DNA of 64,000 nt from Chiloscyllium plagiosum (GCF_004010195.1 NC_057751.1:9493611-9557610), one strand, 5' to 3'; shown: positions 14,512-28,465, numbered from the stretch's first letter. The notes: generated by a model not told the origin, from the letters alone. Program-made: numbers and translations.

Positions 14512-15685
14512 GAACATAGAGAACATAGAACATAGAAAAGTACAGCACAGAACAGGCCTTTGGCCCAAATGTTGTGCCAAGATTTAATCCTAATGTAAAA
14601 TATAGTAATTTAACCTACGCACCCCTCAACTCACTGCTATCCATGTGCAGGTCCAGCAGTCACATAAATGTCCCCAATGACTCTGCTTCCACTACCACAG
14701 ATGGCAACGCATTCCATGCATTCACAACTCTCTGTGTAAAAAACCTATCTCTGACATCTCCTTTGTACCTTCCTCCTAATATCTTCAAACAATGACTTCT
14801 CGTACCAGTCAATCCTGCCCTGGGGAAAAGTCTTTGGCTATTGACTCTATCTATTCCTCTCATTATTTTGTACACCTCGATCAGGTCTCTTCTCTTCCTC
14901 CTTTTCTCCAGAGAGAAAAGTCCAAGCTTATTCAACCTTTCTTCATAAGGCAAGCCCTCCAGTCCAGGCAGCATCCTGTTAAACCTTCTTTGCACCCTCT
15001 CCAAAGCCTCTGTATCTTTCCTATAGTAGGGTGACCAGAACTGGACACAATATTCCAAGTGTGATCTCACCCGGGACTTACAGAGCTGCAGCAATACCTC
15101 ACGGCTCTTAAACTCAATCCCCCTGTTAATGAAAGCCAAAACACCATATGCTTTCTTAACAACCCTATCCACTTGGGTGGCAACTTTGAGGGATCTATGT
15201 ACTTGCACACCCATATCCTTCTGTTCCTTCACACTGCCAAGAATCCTGTCTTTAATCCTATATTCAGCATTCAAGTTTGACCTTCCAAAATGCATCACTT
15301 CGCATTTATCCAGGTTGAACTCCATCTGCCATTTCTCAGCCCAGCTCTGCATCCTGTCTATGTCGTGCTGCAGCCAGCAGCAGCCCTCCCTACTATCGAC
15401 ATCTCCAAACTTTGTGTCATCTGCAAATTTACTAACCCACCCCTCAACCTCCTCATCCAAGTCATTTATAAAAACTACAAAGAGCAGAGGCCCAAGAACA
15501 GAACCCTGCGGGACCCCACTCAACACTCCTCGAGGCAGAATACTTTCCATCTACAACCACTCTCTGCCTTCTGTCAGCAGCCAATTCTGAATCCAGATTG
15601 CCAAATCTCCCTGTATCCCATACTTCCTGACTTTATGAATGAGCCTACCATGGGGAACCCTATCAAATGCCTGTTCAAATCATGT
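14512..15685 (-). mobile_element. CR1 LINE, 5'-truncated, with a 296-aa RT C-terminal ORF
   Basis: ORF 14660-15550 has GVPQGSVLGPLLF, FADDTK and HLEYCVQFWSP; the 3' tail (gaacata)n is at 14512-14540. Confidence 0.95.
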
Positions 15686-16599
15686 TAAATTTCTCTCCAA
15701 ATTCATGGACGATTCAAATTATTAGGGACGCAACAATGAGGAAAAAATCATTTTGACTATCAGTGAGGTCTTTGAATATGCTCACCTCTGATTACAGCAG
15801 AAAGACTCAGCCTATGCGTTCTGAGGGGCATGCTCACTCTGTACCAAATCTTCAAGGACTTATGTATAATTCAAGTTTGATATTTTTAGTTGGGCCTCTC
15901 TATGTATTCCCAATCATGGGGTGTGGATGCTATCAGGTCAGCACAAATGAGACAGTTGAGCTTTCAAAAATAAACTCAGATCTGCACATAAAAGTCATCA
16001 CAAATGCAACAGAGACAGACATTAACGTCTACATTGATATTTCAAACCCAATGTAAAAATCTGGTGGCTCTAACATGAAAGATTGCTTGTCAGGTGTTTC
16101 AGGAGAAGAACCGTGCCCAGTTCCATCAGTCCTCACAAGAAACCTCAATAAGCGCACTGGAAGCTAAATTGAAGAAAATGGTTTATAATTGCTGCAAGTT
16201 GATCTGTCACATTAACGTATCTGGCTTTTACTTCTTAACAAGCTGCTTCCTGGGAAGTGGGTATAACACAGGCAGATGCTTTCTGGCCTGACTGTCATGT
16301 GTTATGCACTTCAGTAACTGCAGCAAGCACATCTGACAGCACATCTGACAGAACATCTGGCATAGGCTTCAATCTAACTTGGTAAAGGAATGCTTAAATT
16401 TATTTTTAAGGGCAACTCGGTGAGTTTTACTAGTGAGCTGAGAGCATTGCAAAACTCAGCAGGAGCTGTTTGCAATGTCAAATGAGAAGTGCAGTGTGAG
16501 CAATCATTTTCAAAGAGCCCAAATGGAGAGAAGGGGTTTTGGATGCAGTCTCCCTGCTTACTCTTCTTCCATCTGGGGTTTCCTTTGGATTCATGTTAG

Positions 16600-17300
16600 C
16601 ATTTGCTATGCTCTTGTTATGATGCTGTGAAGGATATAGTCCAACACGGTACTGGTTTGTCCTGAACTGCTTCAGAATGCCATGTCTTCTCAACATTGTT
16701 TCACGCACTGTCGCTTTCATTATGTGCCTCTTGCCCTTGTCCTGTTGGGGGCCTGGTGCTGGGAGAGAAGTGGAGGGGGTGTGGATGCCATCAGCCAGGT
16801 GAAGAGTAGATATCCCTTGTTTCCAAGCAATTACCTTCTGGTTCTACTTGAACATCCGAAGGGGAGGATTTGCACAGTCCTGCATGTGCAATGCCTCTCT
16901 CCACTGAGCCCTTTGACATTGGTGGTAGGTGACAGGTGTTGGCCTGCGTGATCATGTGTGTGCTGTTGATGGCTTCCATAGACCACCAAGAATTCCCCTG
17001 TCCCCTGCTTCTCCCTTCTTTCAAATACCATAACGCAATTGCCTTTCATCATGAATCCATCCGTCACTGCCTGAAAATTGCAATGGTAAACAGACTAGAT
17101 AATATTTATTATGTTACTAACTCCCTCCTTGACATGTGATTGTATAAATTTTTAATGCAGTTGTGACTCTCACTGGCAGTGTTGTCAGGGTGACCAGTGC
17201 CTTGTTTAGTCACAGTTACAGACATTATTTTTGGATGAGGTCAGGCATGAACAGTGTGCATGGCTCTCTATGCAATGTCCTCCTCCCATTACTCCCATTT
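16600..17300 (-). mobile_element. Decayed PIF/Harbinger transposase (HARBI1-like) remnant
   Basis: Minus-strand fragments LPVRVTTALKF, AINSTH (cf. GAIDCTH), LLGNKGYLLFTWLM (cf. LLGDSGYPLRPWLM) and GILKQFR occur in the expected order. Confidence 0.55.
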
Positions 17301-18067
17301 TGTGAATTTTCCTCACTCTGCAGCATCTGCTCCAGTTCTTCACAAGGCTGCAGACTCGGATAAACTACACCCACTGTATAATCCCCATATCATTTGGAGA
17401 CATGGGGGCAAAATCTCTGATTTCTCATGCACAACCTCACCAAATAGGCTGCAATATGTCCACAAATTTCCAGTCCTTAAGTACCCTGTAATGCCACCAC
17501 AGTCTGGTATCTCTTATGTTCAGCAGTGAGTTATTAGTGCAAACATTCACTGGATCTCTGTGATGTACATCTGAAAGGTGAGGGCAGATCAACTGAAAAA
17601 TTGACCTTATAACCTGCAAGGGACATGGGTGTTGCATAAGTCATATCAGAAGTGACCAGCTGTACATTTCATGCCTTATCATTTTTTAAATCAATGGCAT
17701 TAAAGCTCATTAGTACTAACTGTTCAATTTGGTGAAAATATCATTATCCACAGTACACAAGAACATTTAGCTTATTTTTTCTGTCTTAAATACATTGCTG
17801 TATTCCTTGTTTTCATTCACATATATTTCCTTTAAAAACAAAAACCTTGCCTCCCCATCGACACAAACCAAACTGGTGGTTTCCCCTCAGCTTCTGCAGG
17901 TAGCCTTGAATTATTTCCAGGATACAGTCTCAACCTTGTCAGTTATTCTCTGATATTTTCTCGGAGTCACCATGATTTGTGTGTCTGTTAAATTAGTGAA
18001 TCTTGGCGACTTGTGTGACCACATTTATCAGAGGTCATTGTTGGAATCAGGAACAAATTTAGTACAA

Positions 18068-20535
18068 AGAACATAGAACGTTACAGTGCAGTACAGGCCA
18101 CTCAGCCCTCGATGTTGCACCAACCTGTGAAATTAATCTAATGCCTATCTAACCTACATAGTTCCATCATTATCTATATGTATGCCCAATGCCCATTTAA
18201 ATGCCCTTAACGTCAGCGAGTCTACTACCGTTGCAGGCAGGCCGTTCCATGCCCCTACGATTCTCTGAGTAAAGCAACTACCCCTGATTTCTGTCCTGAA
18301 TCTATTACCCCTCAATTTAAAGCTATGTCCCCTCATATTAGCCTTCACCATCCGAGGAAAAAGGCTCTCACTGTCCACTCCATCTAACCCTCGAATTATC
18401 TTATATGTCTCGATTAAGTCACCTCTGAACTTTCTTCTGTCCAGCGAAAAAAACCTCAGTTCCCTCAGCCTCTCATCGTAAGACCTTCCTTCCATACCAG
18501 GCAACATCCTCGAAAATCTCCTCTGAACCCTTTCTGAAGCTTTCACATCTTCCTGTAATGCGGTGACCAGAACTGCACACAATACTCCAGGTGCGGCCTT
18601 ACCAGTGTCTTGTACAGCTGAAGCATGACCCCAAAACTCAATTCCCCTACCAATAAACGCCAACACACCATATGCCTTCTTAACAACTCCATCAATCCGG
18701 GTGGCACCTTTCAGGGATTTATGCACCAGGACACCAAGATCTCTCTGTTCATCAACACTGCCATGAAGTTTGCCATTAGCCCAGTACTCTGCATTCCCGT
18801 AACTTCTTCTGAAGTGAACTAGCTCACACTTTTTCACATTAAGCTCCATTTGCCACTTCTCAGCCCAACTCTGCATCTTATCTATGTCCCTCTGTAACCC
18901 ACAACATCCTTGGGCACTATCCACAACTCTGCCGACCTCAGTGTCATCCGCACATTTACTAACCCATCCTTCTACACCCTCATCTAGATTATTTATAAAC
19001 ATAGCAAAAAGTAGTGGCCCCAAAACAGATCCTTGTGGCACACCACTGGTAACTGAGCTCCAGGATTAACATTTCCTATCAACCCCCACCCTGTCTTCTT
19101 TCAGCTAGCCAATTTCTGATCCAATCCGCTAAATTACCTTCAATCCTGAAAATCCGTATTTTGTACAATAGCTTACCGTGTGGAATCTTATCAAATGTCT
19201 TACTGAAGTCTATAGACACCAGATCAACTGCTTTACCTTCATCCACCTGTTTGTCACCTTCTTAAAGAACTCAGTAAGGTTAGTTAAGCACGACCTACAC
19301 TTCACAAAAACGTGTTGACTCTCCCGAATCAAATTATTCCTTTCCATATGATTATAAATCCTATCTCTTATAACGTTTTCCAACACTTTACCCACAACCA
19401 AAGTAAGGCTCACTGGCCTATAATTACCAGGGTTGTCCCAACTCCCCTTCTTAAACAAGGGAACAACATTTGCTATTGTCCAGTCTTCTGACACTACTCC
19501 TGTTGACAATGATGACACAAATATCAAAGTCAGAGGCTCTGTAATCTCCTTTCTGGTTCCCCAGAGAATCCGAGGATAAATCTCATCCAGCCCAGGGGTC
19601 TTACCTATTTTCAGATCTTCCAAAATTGCAAAAGCCTCCTATTTGTCAACAGCAGTCCCTCTAATCTAGTAGTCTGTATCTCCATATTCTCACTAACATT
19701 GTCCTTTTCCAATGTGAAAACTGACAAAAGGTATTCATTAAGCGCTTCCCATGTCCTCAGATTTCACACACAACTTTCCACTGCTATCTTTGATTCGCCG
19801 TAATTTTACTCTCGTCATTCTTTTATTCCCAAAATACGGATAGAAGGCCTTAGGGTTTTCCTTGATCCTATCTGGCAACAACGTCTCGTGTCCCCTCCTG
19901 GCTCTTCTGAGCCCTTTCTTCAGATCTTTTCTGGCTAACTTATAACTCTCAATCCCCCTAACTGAGCCTTCATGCCTCATCCTCACATAAGCCTTCTTCT
20001 ATCTCTCAACAGGAGCTTCAACTTGTTTAGCAAACCATGGCTCCCTCTCTCGACAACTACCTCCCTGCCTGATAGGTATATCCTTATCAAGGAGTAGCTG
20101 TTCCTTGAATAAGATTCACATTTCAAGTGTGTCCATCCCCTGCAGTTTCCTTCCCCATTCTATGCATCCTAAATCTTGCCTAATCGCATCATAATTGCCT
20201 TTCCCCCCGTTGTACCTCTTTCCCCGCGATATGTACCTAAGTCTGCCCAGTGCTATTGTAAACATAACCGAATTGTGGTCACTATTGCCAAAGTCCTCCC
20301 CTACCTCCAAATCTAACATCTGTCTGGGTTCTTTCCCCAGGACCAAATCCAATATGGCATCGCCCCTTGTTGGCCTGTCTACATACAGTGTCAGAAAATC
20401 CTCCTGCACACATTGAACAAAAACGGACCCATCTTAACTACTTGAACTATAGTGTTCCCAATCAATACTGGGTAGTTAAAGTTCCCATAACTACCCTGTT
20501 ACTCTTGCTCCTATCAAGAATCATCTTTGCTATCC
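18068..20535 (-). mobile_element. CR1 LINE, about 2.5 kb, ORF2 from endonuclease C-terminus to RT end, frameshifted
   Basis: ORFs 20116-20409 (PTRGDAILDLVL...SDHN), 19738-19986, 19210-19623 (NYRPVSL) and 18154-19041 (PQGSVLGPLLF); 3' tail at about 18070. Confidence 0.95.
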
Positions 20536-20554
20536 CACCCCAGATATTGGTACC

Positions 20555-22655
20555 AAATTAGTAAATTTGGATGAGAATTTAGGAGAAGTGGTTAGTAAGT
20601 TTGCGCATAACCCCAAAATTGGTGATATAGTCAACAGTGAAGAAGGTTATTTGAGATTGCAAAGGGATCTTAATCAGTTGGGCCAATGAGCTGAGGAATG
20701 GTGGATGGAGTTTAATTTGGATAAATGCAAGGTATTGTACTTCAGTCAAAGAAAAGGGGCAGGAGTTATAGAGTTATAGGGCCCTGAGTAGTTTTGTGAA
20801 ACAGAGAGATCGAAGGGTTTAGATATATAGTTCTTTGAAAGTTGTGGCACAGGTAGACAGGGTGGTTAAGAAGGCATTCAGCATCTTTGTCTTCTTTGCT
20901 CAGACCATTGAGTACAGGGGAGTTGTAAAATCATGTTTAGGTTATGTATGAAGTTGGTGAGGCCACTTTTGGAGTACTGTGTGCAGTTCTGAATACCCTT
21001 CTTGAGGAAGGATATTTTTAAATTGGAGAAGGTTCAGAAAAAGATTTACGAGGATGTTGTCAGGACTGGAGGGTTTGAGTTATAAGGAGAGGCTGGATTG
21101 GCTGGGACATTTTTTCACTGCAGCTTAGAAAGTTGTGAGGTGACTTTGTAGAAGTTTATAAAATCATGTGGGGCATAGATAAGGTGAATAGTAAAAATCT
21201 GTTCCTTAGGGTGTGGGAGCTCAAAACTAGGGGTCATTTTTTAACATTAGAGGAGAAAGAGTTAAAAGGGATCTTAGATGACTTTGTAGACGTTTATAGA
21301 CAATAGACAATAGGTGCAGGAGTAGGCCTGCACCACCATTCAATATGATCATGGCTGATCATCCTTAATCAGTATCCTGTTCCTGCCTTATCTCCATAAC
21401 CCTTGATTCCACAATCCTTGAGAGCCCTATCCAACTCTTTCTTAAATGAATCCAGAGATTGGGCCTCCACTGCCCTCTGGGGCAGAGCATTCCACACAGC
21501 CACCACTCTCTGGGTGAAGAAGTTTCTCCTCATCTCTGTCCTAAATGGTCTACCCCGTATTTTTAAGCTGTGTCCTCTGGTGCGGCACACACCCATCAGG
21601 GGAAACATGTTTCCTGCCTCCAGACTGTCCAATCCTTTAATAATCTTATATGTCTCAATCAGATCCCCTCTCAGTCTTCTAAACTCAAGGGTATATAAGC
21701 CCAGTCACTCCAGTCTTTCAGTGTAAGGTAATCCCGCCATTCTAGGAATTGACCTCGTGAACCTGCACAGCACTCCCTCAATAGCCAGAATGTCTTTCCT
21801 CAAATTTGGAGACCAGAACTGCACACAGTACTCCAGGTGTGGTCTCACCAGGGCCATGTACAGCTGCAGAAGAACCTCTTTGCTTCTATACTCAATCCCT
21901 CTTGTTATGAGGGCCAGCATGCTATTAACCTTCTTCACTACCTACTGTAACTGCATGCTTACCTTCATTGACTGGTGTACAAGAACACCCAGATCTCTCT
22001 GTACTGTCCCTTTACCTAAATTGATTCCATTTAGGTAGTAATCTGCCTTCCTGTTCTTGTCACCAAAGTGGATAACCAAACATTTATCCACATTAAACTG
22101 CATCTGCCATGCATCTGACCACTCACCGAACTTGTCCAGATCACCCTGTAATCTTCTAACATCCTCATCACATTTCACCCTGCCACCCAGCTTCGTATCA
22201 TCAGCAAATTTGCTAATGTTATTGCTAATACCATCTTCTAAACTCAAGGGCATACAAGCCCAGTCGCTCCAGTCTTTCAGTGGAAAATCAATTATAAAAC
22301 CATGTGGGGCATAGATCTGGTGAATAGTAAAAATTTGTTCCTTCGGGTGTAGGAGCTCAAAACTAGGGGTCATATTTTTAAGGTTAGAGGAAAAAGAGTT
22401 AAAAGAGACCTGAGGGGTGACTTTTTCACACAGAGTGATTCATATGTGGAATGAACTGCCGGAATAAGTCGTAAATGCAAGTACAGTTATACCTTTAAAA
22501 GACCTTTGGACAAGTACATGAATAGGAAAGATTTAGAGGGATATGGGCCAAATGCAAGCAAGTGGGACTAGTTTAGTTTGGGAAGCTTGGTCAGCATGGA
22601 CCAGTTGGACCAAAGGGTCAACTTGCATGCCATATGACTCTATGACTTGATGACT
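20555..22655 (+). mobile_element. CR1 LINE 3' part (plus strand), split by a minus-strand CR1
   Basis: RT C-terminal coding similarity at 20555-21295 and 22292-22650; ends atgactctatgact. Confidence 0.85.
21296..22280 (-). mobile_element. CR1 LINE 3' part nested in the plus-strand CR1
   Basis: ORFs 21942-22373 (FADDTKLGG), 21705-21938 and 21369-21632; tail tagacaatagacaatagg. Confidence 0.92.
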
Positions 22656-23092
22656 TCCACCATTTTTTTTTCATTTTATAACTCAACAACACTGAAGCCA
22701 ATAACAAATATAACATCATTGACCAACTCAGGAGCCATGACTCAGAACTCATTGCTTTAAACTGTCAGATGATGGGTGGGGCCCAAATCTTAGTTTTGTT
22801 CATTATGTACCTTGATTCAGGAATAGTCAAGACTCACACTGAAATAAAACAGGCAGCATTATACAACACTTCCTAATCTGTCAATCCGAAATGAAACAAC
22901 CTCAGTGCATGGGCATCCCTTTAAATTAAACCTCAATAAAATACTCACAAACATCATCAGATGTAAAATGCAGAGAATGTTTGGTTCATGATTGAATTTC
23001 GTATTTCAGTTACCCCTTCAGCGCAAAAGCTTAAACAAATTGAAACAGACAGGAGAAAAGCCTTTCACATCCATGACTCCAGAGAAGTTCAT

Positions 23093-23405
23093 AGTGGCTC
23101 AGTGGTTAGCACTGCTGCCTCACAGCATCAGGTTCCCACGTTCAATTCCAGCCTCGGGCAACTGCCTGTGTGGAGTTTGCACATTCTCCCTATGTCTGCG
23201 CGGGTTTCCTCTGTGTGCTCCGGTTTCCTCCCACAATCCAAAGGTGTGCAGGTCAGGTGAATTGGCCATGCTAAATTGCCCATCATGTTAGGTGCATTAG
23301 TCAGAGAGAAATGGGTCTGGGTAGGTTACTCTTTGGAGGGTTGGTGTAGACTTGTTGGGGCAAAGGGCCTGTTTCCACACTGTAGAGAATCTAATCTAAT
23401 CTAAA
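23093..23405 (+). mobile_element. HE1-like tRNA-derived V-SINE
   Basis: Pol III A box tggctcagtgg, B-box-like gttcaattcc, V-domain gtgtggagtttgcacattctcc...ggtttcctcccac, and CR1-like tail (aatct)n. Confidence 0.9.
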
Positions 23406-24584
23406 AACAGGAATAGGTTGTGAAATGAACAACAATTTTAGGGATCTGTTGCAGCCCCTCAATCAATCAATGCAATACTTACAGAGGCAAATGGAATTTT
23501 TAGCAGACAAGGGGACAGCTCAGTAACAAAAAAAACTAAATTTGTCACAACATAAATATAACAAAATGTTCCTCAGGGGATCACAGAATAGTGTCAGTCA
23601 GAAGAGTGAGAAGAGGTGACAAAAAGTAAGGCCAACCAGATATTTTATGAAGAAAGTACATTTTTACTTAAAAAGAAACAGAAATTTTGTGAGTCCTTAC
23701 CCACATTAGGTCTCAGAAGCTCAAGAAAAACTGGTCATGTTTTCACGTTGTCTAACCAAAAGGCAGCTCAGAATCTACAATACACAGTGGACAGAAGGTC
23801 TGCATGAATAGAACAATGACTGAGGGAAGTTGCTTAGTCAGTACTGCACAAACATTAAAAAATTTCAGAAGTGGTGTGGAAATTGTTAAGAGTGAGACTG
23901 AAGGTGAAAGTAACAGCACCTTCACTAACAGCACCACAATAAACGGAGTACAAGTCAGCAATGTGTCCAAACCATTCTGGAGCATGAATAAATAAAACTT
24001 AAAGGATGCTAAACTATTCAGCCAAATGAATTAAGTTTGCAGGACCCAACACTCATGAAAGCAGGATTGCACTGGATTGTTGACCTTGTTATCTTCCCAT
24101 TGGAGCAGTTTACAATTAGATATGATCAGCTCCCAGCAACTTCAGGGCAGGAAGAATCCAGAGAATTTCAACTGTCCATGCGCCAGTTTCCTGCTGAATG
24201 AGCAGAATGAAAATCACCACTGTTGTTCCAAGTTTTTCCAGTCACTGTTGAGATTGTGGGGCTTCGATAACCTCTATTGCCAATACTATTGTAATCTGGC
24301 TTTGCAGAAGTCTAAATTTTAAACTGGCTTGAAAGAAATCTTGACAATTTTCACTTGATAAAATTAACTGATGCTCTTTTAAGTCAGTGACACACAACCT
24401 GACAGCCTGAAAATGGGCTGTTTCATATATCAGTACTGAGATATCTCACTGTGCCTTAAAAGACAAAAAAGAAGGAAGAGGTCCAGGACGCACGAAAACA
24501 TTTTGTAGACAGGTAGGTGATAGCCAAGGGAAGTGTGCTGATAAAGGGACAAATGGCATGAAGAGGAGTAGATTGACATGTTCA

Positions 24585-25255
24585 TAATCATAGAAACTCA
24601 GAAAGTAGCAATAACAGTAGGTCATTTGGCCATTTGAGCCTTCTCCATCATATCACCACTGCTGATCATCCAACTCAGAATCGTGTTCCTGCTTTTTCAT
24701 CATTCCCTTTGATCCATTAAGCCGTAAGAACTATTTCTAATTCCTTGAACACATTCAATGATTTGGTCTGAACCACTCCCTGTGGCAGAGGGAGTATAAC
24801 ACTGTCTGGGAGAGCAAATTTTTCCTCGTCTCAGTTCCAATTGACCTATCCCATATCCTGAGACCTGGACCGTGATATTGGACTCCCTGGTCATTAGAAA
24901 CACCTCTCTTGAGTTTACTCTGTCTCATCCTGTTAAAATTTTATTGGTTTCCACGAGATCTCCACCTCACTCCTCAATTCTTCTAAACTCAAATGTAAAT
25001 ACTCTGAACCAATCAAGTCTCTCTTCAGACATCAGTCCTGCCATCCCAGAAATCAAACTGGTACTTGTTGCACTCCTACCATAGCCAGAACATCTGTTTC
25101 CAGATAAAGAGACTAAAACTGCATACAATGCTCCAGTTGTGGTCTCAGCAAGGCCTTGTGCAATTGCAGCAAGACGTCTCTGCTACTGTACTTGAATCTT
25201 CTCATTATGAAGGCCAACATATCATTTTTCACTACCATATGGACCTTCATGCTTA
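24585..25255 (-). mobile_element. CR1 LINE 3' fragment, diverged
   Basis: Similar to the 21300-21940 subfamily. Confidence 0.8.
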
Positions 25256-26199
25256 ATGTGCTACTTGTAAATATGTTTAGCATTTAACAATTTCTCAATT
25301 GTTAATAATCAATACGAGATGCTGGATTTATAGCTAAACAAAAAGATGAATTGTTTATGAACCTGACAGTACATTAACAGAGCAAAATTAAACAATACAG
25401 CCATCTCATTAATGTTTCAGATTTAAACCCAATCCTCTTGCATTTTATCCTCCACTCAGACACAAAGACAGATAGACAAACAAATACAGTTAAAGGATAA
25501 ATCAAAATGGAAAAATAAATGAGATACATCTGACCAGTTCAGATCAGCAGTCCCTGTGAGCTGTAACATCACCGGCGTATGGGATTATATCTTGGTTGGT
25601 TTATGACGGAACTGATGCATGTAGATCGCTTCCAGTAGGCTCCAAGGGATATTAATTTCATTCTGAAATTGAGATTGTCTTCTCTGCACTTTCAATCAAA
25701 ACTCCATCCAGAGCTAAACACAGTCTAAAAACCAGTTCAAACTCTGACCTCTCCTTGCAAGATCAACCATCTCCCTAAGAGGTCCTCGTTTTCTTCCAAC
25801 ATTTGCCATCTGCTGAGCAGAAAGCCTCTCCAGAGTCAAAACCTCTATCGATAAGAATCAACCAACAATTGACTTTCAGGAATAGCGTCATTTGCAAATA
25901 TCTGTTTGTTCTTTAATTTGAAGCAATGAACCGTAATCTAAGAGTTTAGGATCTCCTTTTGATCTGCGTGCAGCAATTTGTGTTAAAAAAAATCACAAAC
26001 AAATTGATATTTGTTTATGACACCAGGCCTGAAAGTTAATTGCTGGGTGACAGCCAAGCATTTCCACAACTAATGGATCTGATCTAAGATGTGCAGTCTT
26101 GCCATGTCCAGTTGGAAATGGTAGTGTACAATTGAATGTCTCACTGAAGGATGAGGCTTTCAAATACCCCTCTTCTCAATGGTCAGGTAGCCAAACCAA

Positions 26200-26730
26200 T
26201 CACTGCATAAGACAAGGCAAAAGCATTTGCAACAGTCTTCAACCAGAGTGCCAAGTAGATGATCCATGTTGGCCTCCTCCAGTGGTCCCCAGCATTAATG
26301 CCAATATTCAGCCAATTAGATTCATTCAACGTAATATCAAGAAAGGACTGGAGGCATGTTATATTGCAAAGGCTGTGTCCCCTGATAACATTCCAGCAAT
26401 AGTGCTGAAGATGTGTACTCCAAAACTTGCCACACCCCTTGCCAAGCTATACTAATAGAGCTACAACATTGTCCACCTGACAATGTGAAAAATTGCCCCA
26501 TTCTGTCATGTACAAAAAAAAAGCAGGACAACTCCAAATGAACCAATTACTGCCCCATCACTTTACTGGTGATCATTAGGAAAGAGATGAAAGATGCAAG
26601 AAACAATGCTATCAAGCAGCACTTACTGTGCGATAGTCTGCTCACTGACCTTTGGTTTGGATTCTGCAAGGATAAATCAGCTCCTGACCTCATTAAAGTC
26701 CATGTTCAAACCTGGACAAAACAGCTGAAT
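26200..26730 (+). mobile_element. CR1/L2-clade LINE RT fragment; same family continues at about 27990-28146 and 28470-29260
   Basis: KAVSPDNIPAIVLKMCTPKLATPLAKL plus NYCPI; later pieces show LDIKAAFD and PQGGFLG-like motifs. Confidence 0.7.
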
Positions 26731-26734
26731 TCCT

Positions 26735-27095
26735 GAATCATAGAGACATTTGGAACAGAAACAGATCCTTCGGTCCAACTTGTACATGCCCACCAGATAT
26801 TCTAAATTAATCTAGTCCCATTTGCCAGCATTTGGCCCATATCCTTCTAAAGTGTTCCTATTCATTTACCCATCAAGGAGCCTTTTAAATGTTGTGATCA
26901 TTCCAGCCTCCACCACTTCCTCTGGCAGCTCATTTCATACACAAACCACACTCTGCGTAGAACATTGCCCCTCAGGTTCCTTATATATTCTTCTTCCTTC
27001 AACTTAAACCTATGGCCTCTAATTGTGGACTCCCCATACCCTAGGAAAAAGACCTTGCCTCTTTACCCTATCCATGCTGCTCATGATTTTATAAA
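26735..27095 (-). mobile_element. CR1 3' fragment
   Basis: Matches the 33063-33430 sequence. Confidence 0.85.
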
Positions 27096-27213
27096 ACAGA
27101 AAAAAAATGAACAGCAGTGATTAATATGCACAATTCGATTTAAAAGGCTCTATCAACCAGCTCTTTGCATGCAGCTCTGCAAGAATTCTCCTGTCAGACA
27201 TCTGACCCTTCTT

Positions 27214-27332
27214 CGAGGAGAAAGTGAGGGCTGCAGATGCTGGAAATCAGAGCTGAAAATGTGTTGCTGGAAAAGCGCAGCAGGTCAGGCAGCATCCAAG
27301 GAACAGGAGAATCGACGTTTCGGGCACAAGCC
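27214..27332 (-). mobile_element. Short Penelope-derived insertion with 15-bp TSD
   Basis: catctgacccttctt is duplicated at 27199-27213 and 27333-27347; same family as 51135-51347. Confidence 0.85.
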
Positions 27333-28146
27333 CATCTGACCCTTCTTGCCAAATGATAATTCTTCTCCTCATTTAAAATATATTTAAATACCCAATAATA
27401 GATTTGATGCCAACTTTTCAAAAGGTTTGATTTTCTCATTTACAAAACTGACGCAAACTGTTCTTGTCATCCCTGTAAAAGTAGAGTGGCACTGAAGACA
27501 GGATCCCATGAAAACCACAGAATCATACAAAATAAGAGGCAACCACTCAGTACATGTCTCTACAATAAATTCTGTGCCTTTCCATGTTGTTTTCCCCCCG
27601 CCCAACTCTGCAATATTTCATATAACCAGAAGTTACAGCAGTTCAGGTCAAGATCTGGGTTCCTTTTAAGTTCAGTGAGGATTTGTCTCTCAAATTTGCA
27701 CTTACTTTTTACTCCTTCCATGAGCCCCTTTCAGACAATGCATTCACTGACTATCTGCTAGTTTGTTTGTAGGGTTCACTTGGCCCAATGGGAGTGGTTC
27801 TATCTCTGAGCCAGAAGGCCTGGGTTTAGGTCCCACCTACTCCAGAGGTATGTCATAACATGTCAGAATAGATTGATTTTAAATATGTTTGCTTGCTGGT
27901 AGGACTTGCCAAAAGCAAAGGATATTTGAAGCACTTCAACTAATTCAGCGAAAGAATGTCCCTTCAATCATCTACTGATTATACTCGAGTGATGCAGTGT
28001 TTCATGAATGCAGTGTAACTGTAACCAATCCAAAGGGGTCTGTGAATCGAGAGAGATTGTCAGCACCTGATCACAGCACAGGGATAAAGGTGAGGTGAAA
28101 TGACTGCCCTTGACATCAAGGCTGCATTTGACGGGTATGGCAACAA

Positions 28147-28465
28147 GAATCATAGAATCCTTACAGGGTGAAAACAGACCTTTCAGCCCAACAAGTCCAC
28201 ACCGACTCTCCAAAGTGTATCCCACCCAAACCCATTCCCCTACCCTATTACTCTACATTTATTCCTGATTAATGCACCTAACCTACACATCCCTGGACAT
28301 ATGGGCAACTTAGCATGGCCAATTCACCGAGCCTGCACATCTTTGGGTTGTAGGAGAAAACTGAGCACCTGGAAGAATCCCACGCAGACACAGGGAGGAT
28401 CCGAGGCTAGAATCGAACATGGGTCCTGGCACTGTGAGGCAGCAGTGCTAACCACTGAGCCACCA
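28147..28465 (-). mobile_element. HE1-like V-SINE
   Basis: Reverse complement of the 23093-23405 family (gtgaggcagcagtgctaaccactgagccacc head at 28433-28464). Confidence 0.88.

Noticed and set aside
23093..23165. tRNA-like sequence
   Set aside because: It is the head of an HE1-type SINE and runs into the V-domain; not a tRNA gene.
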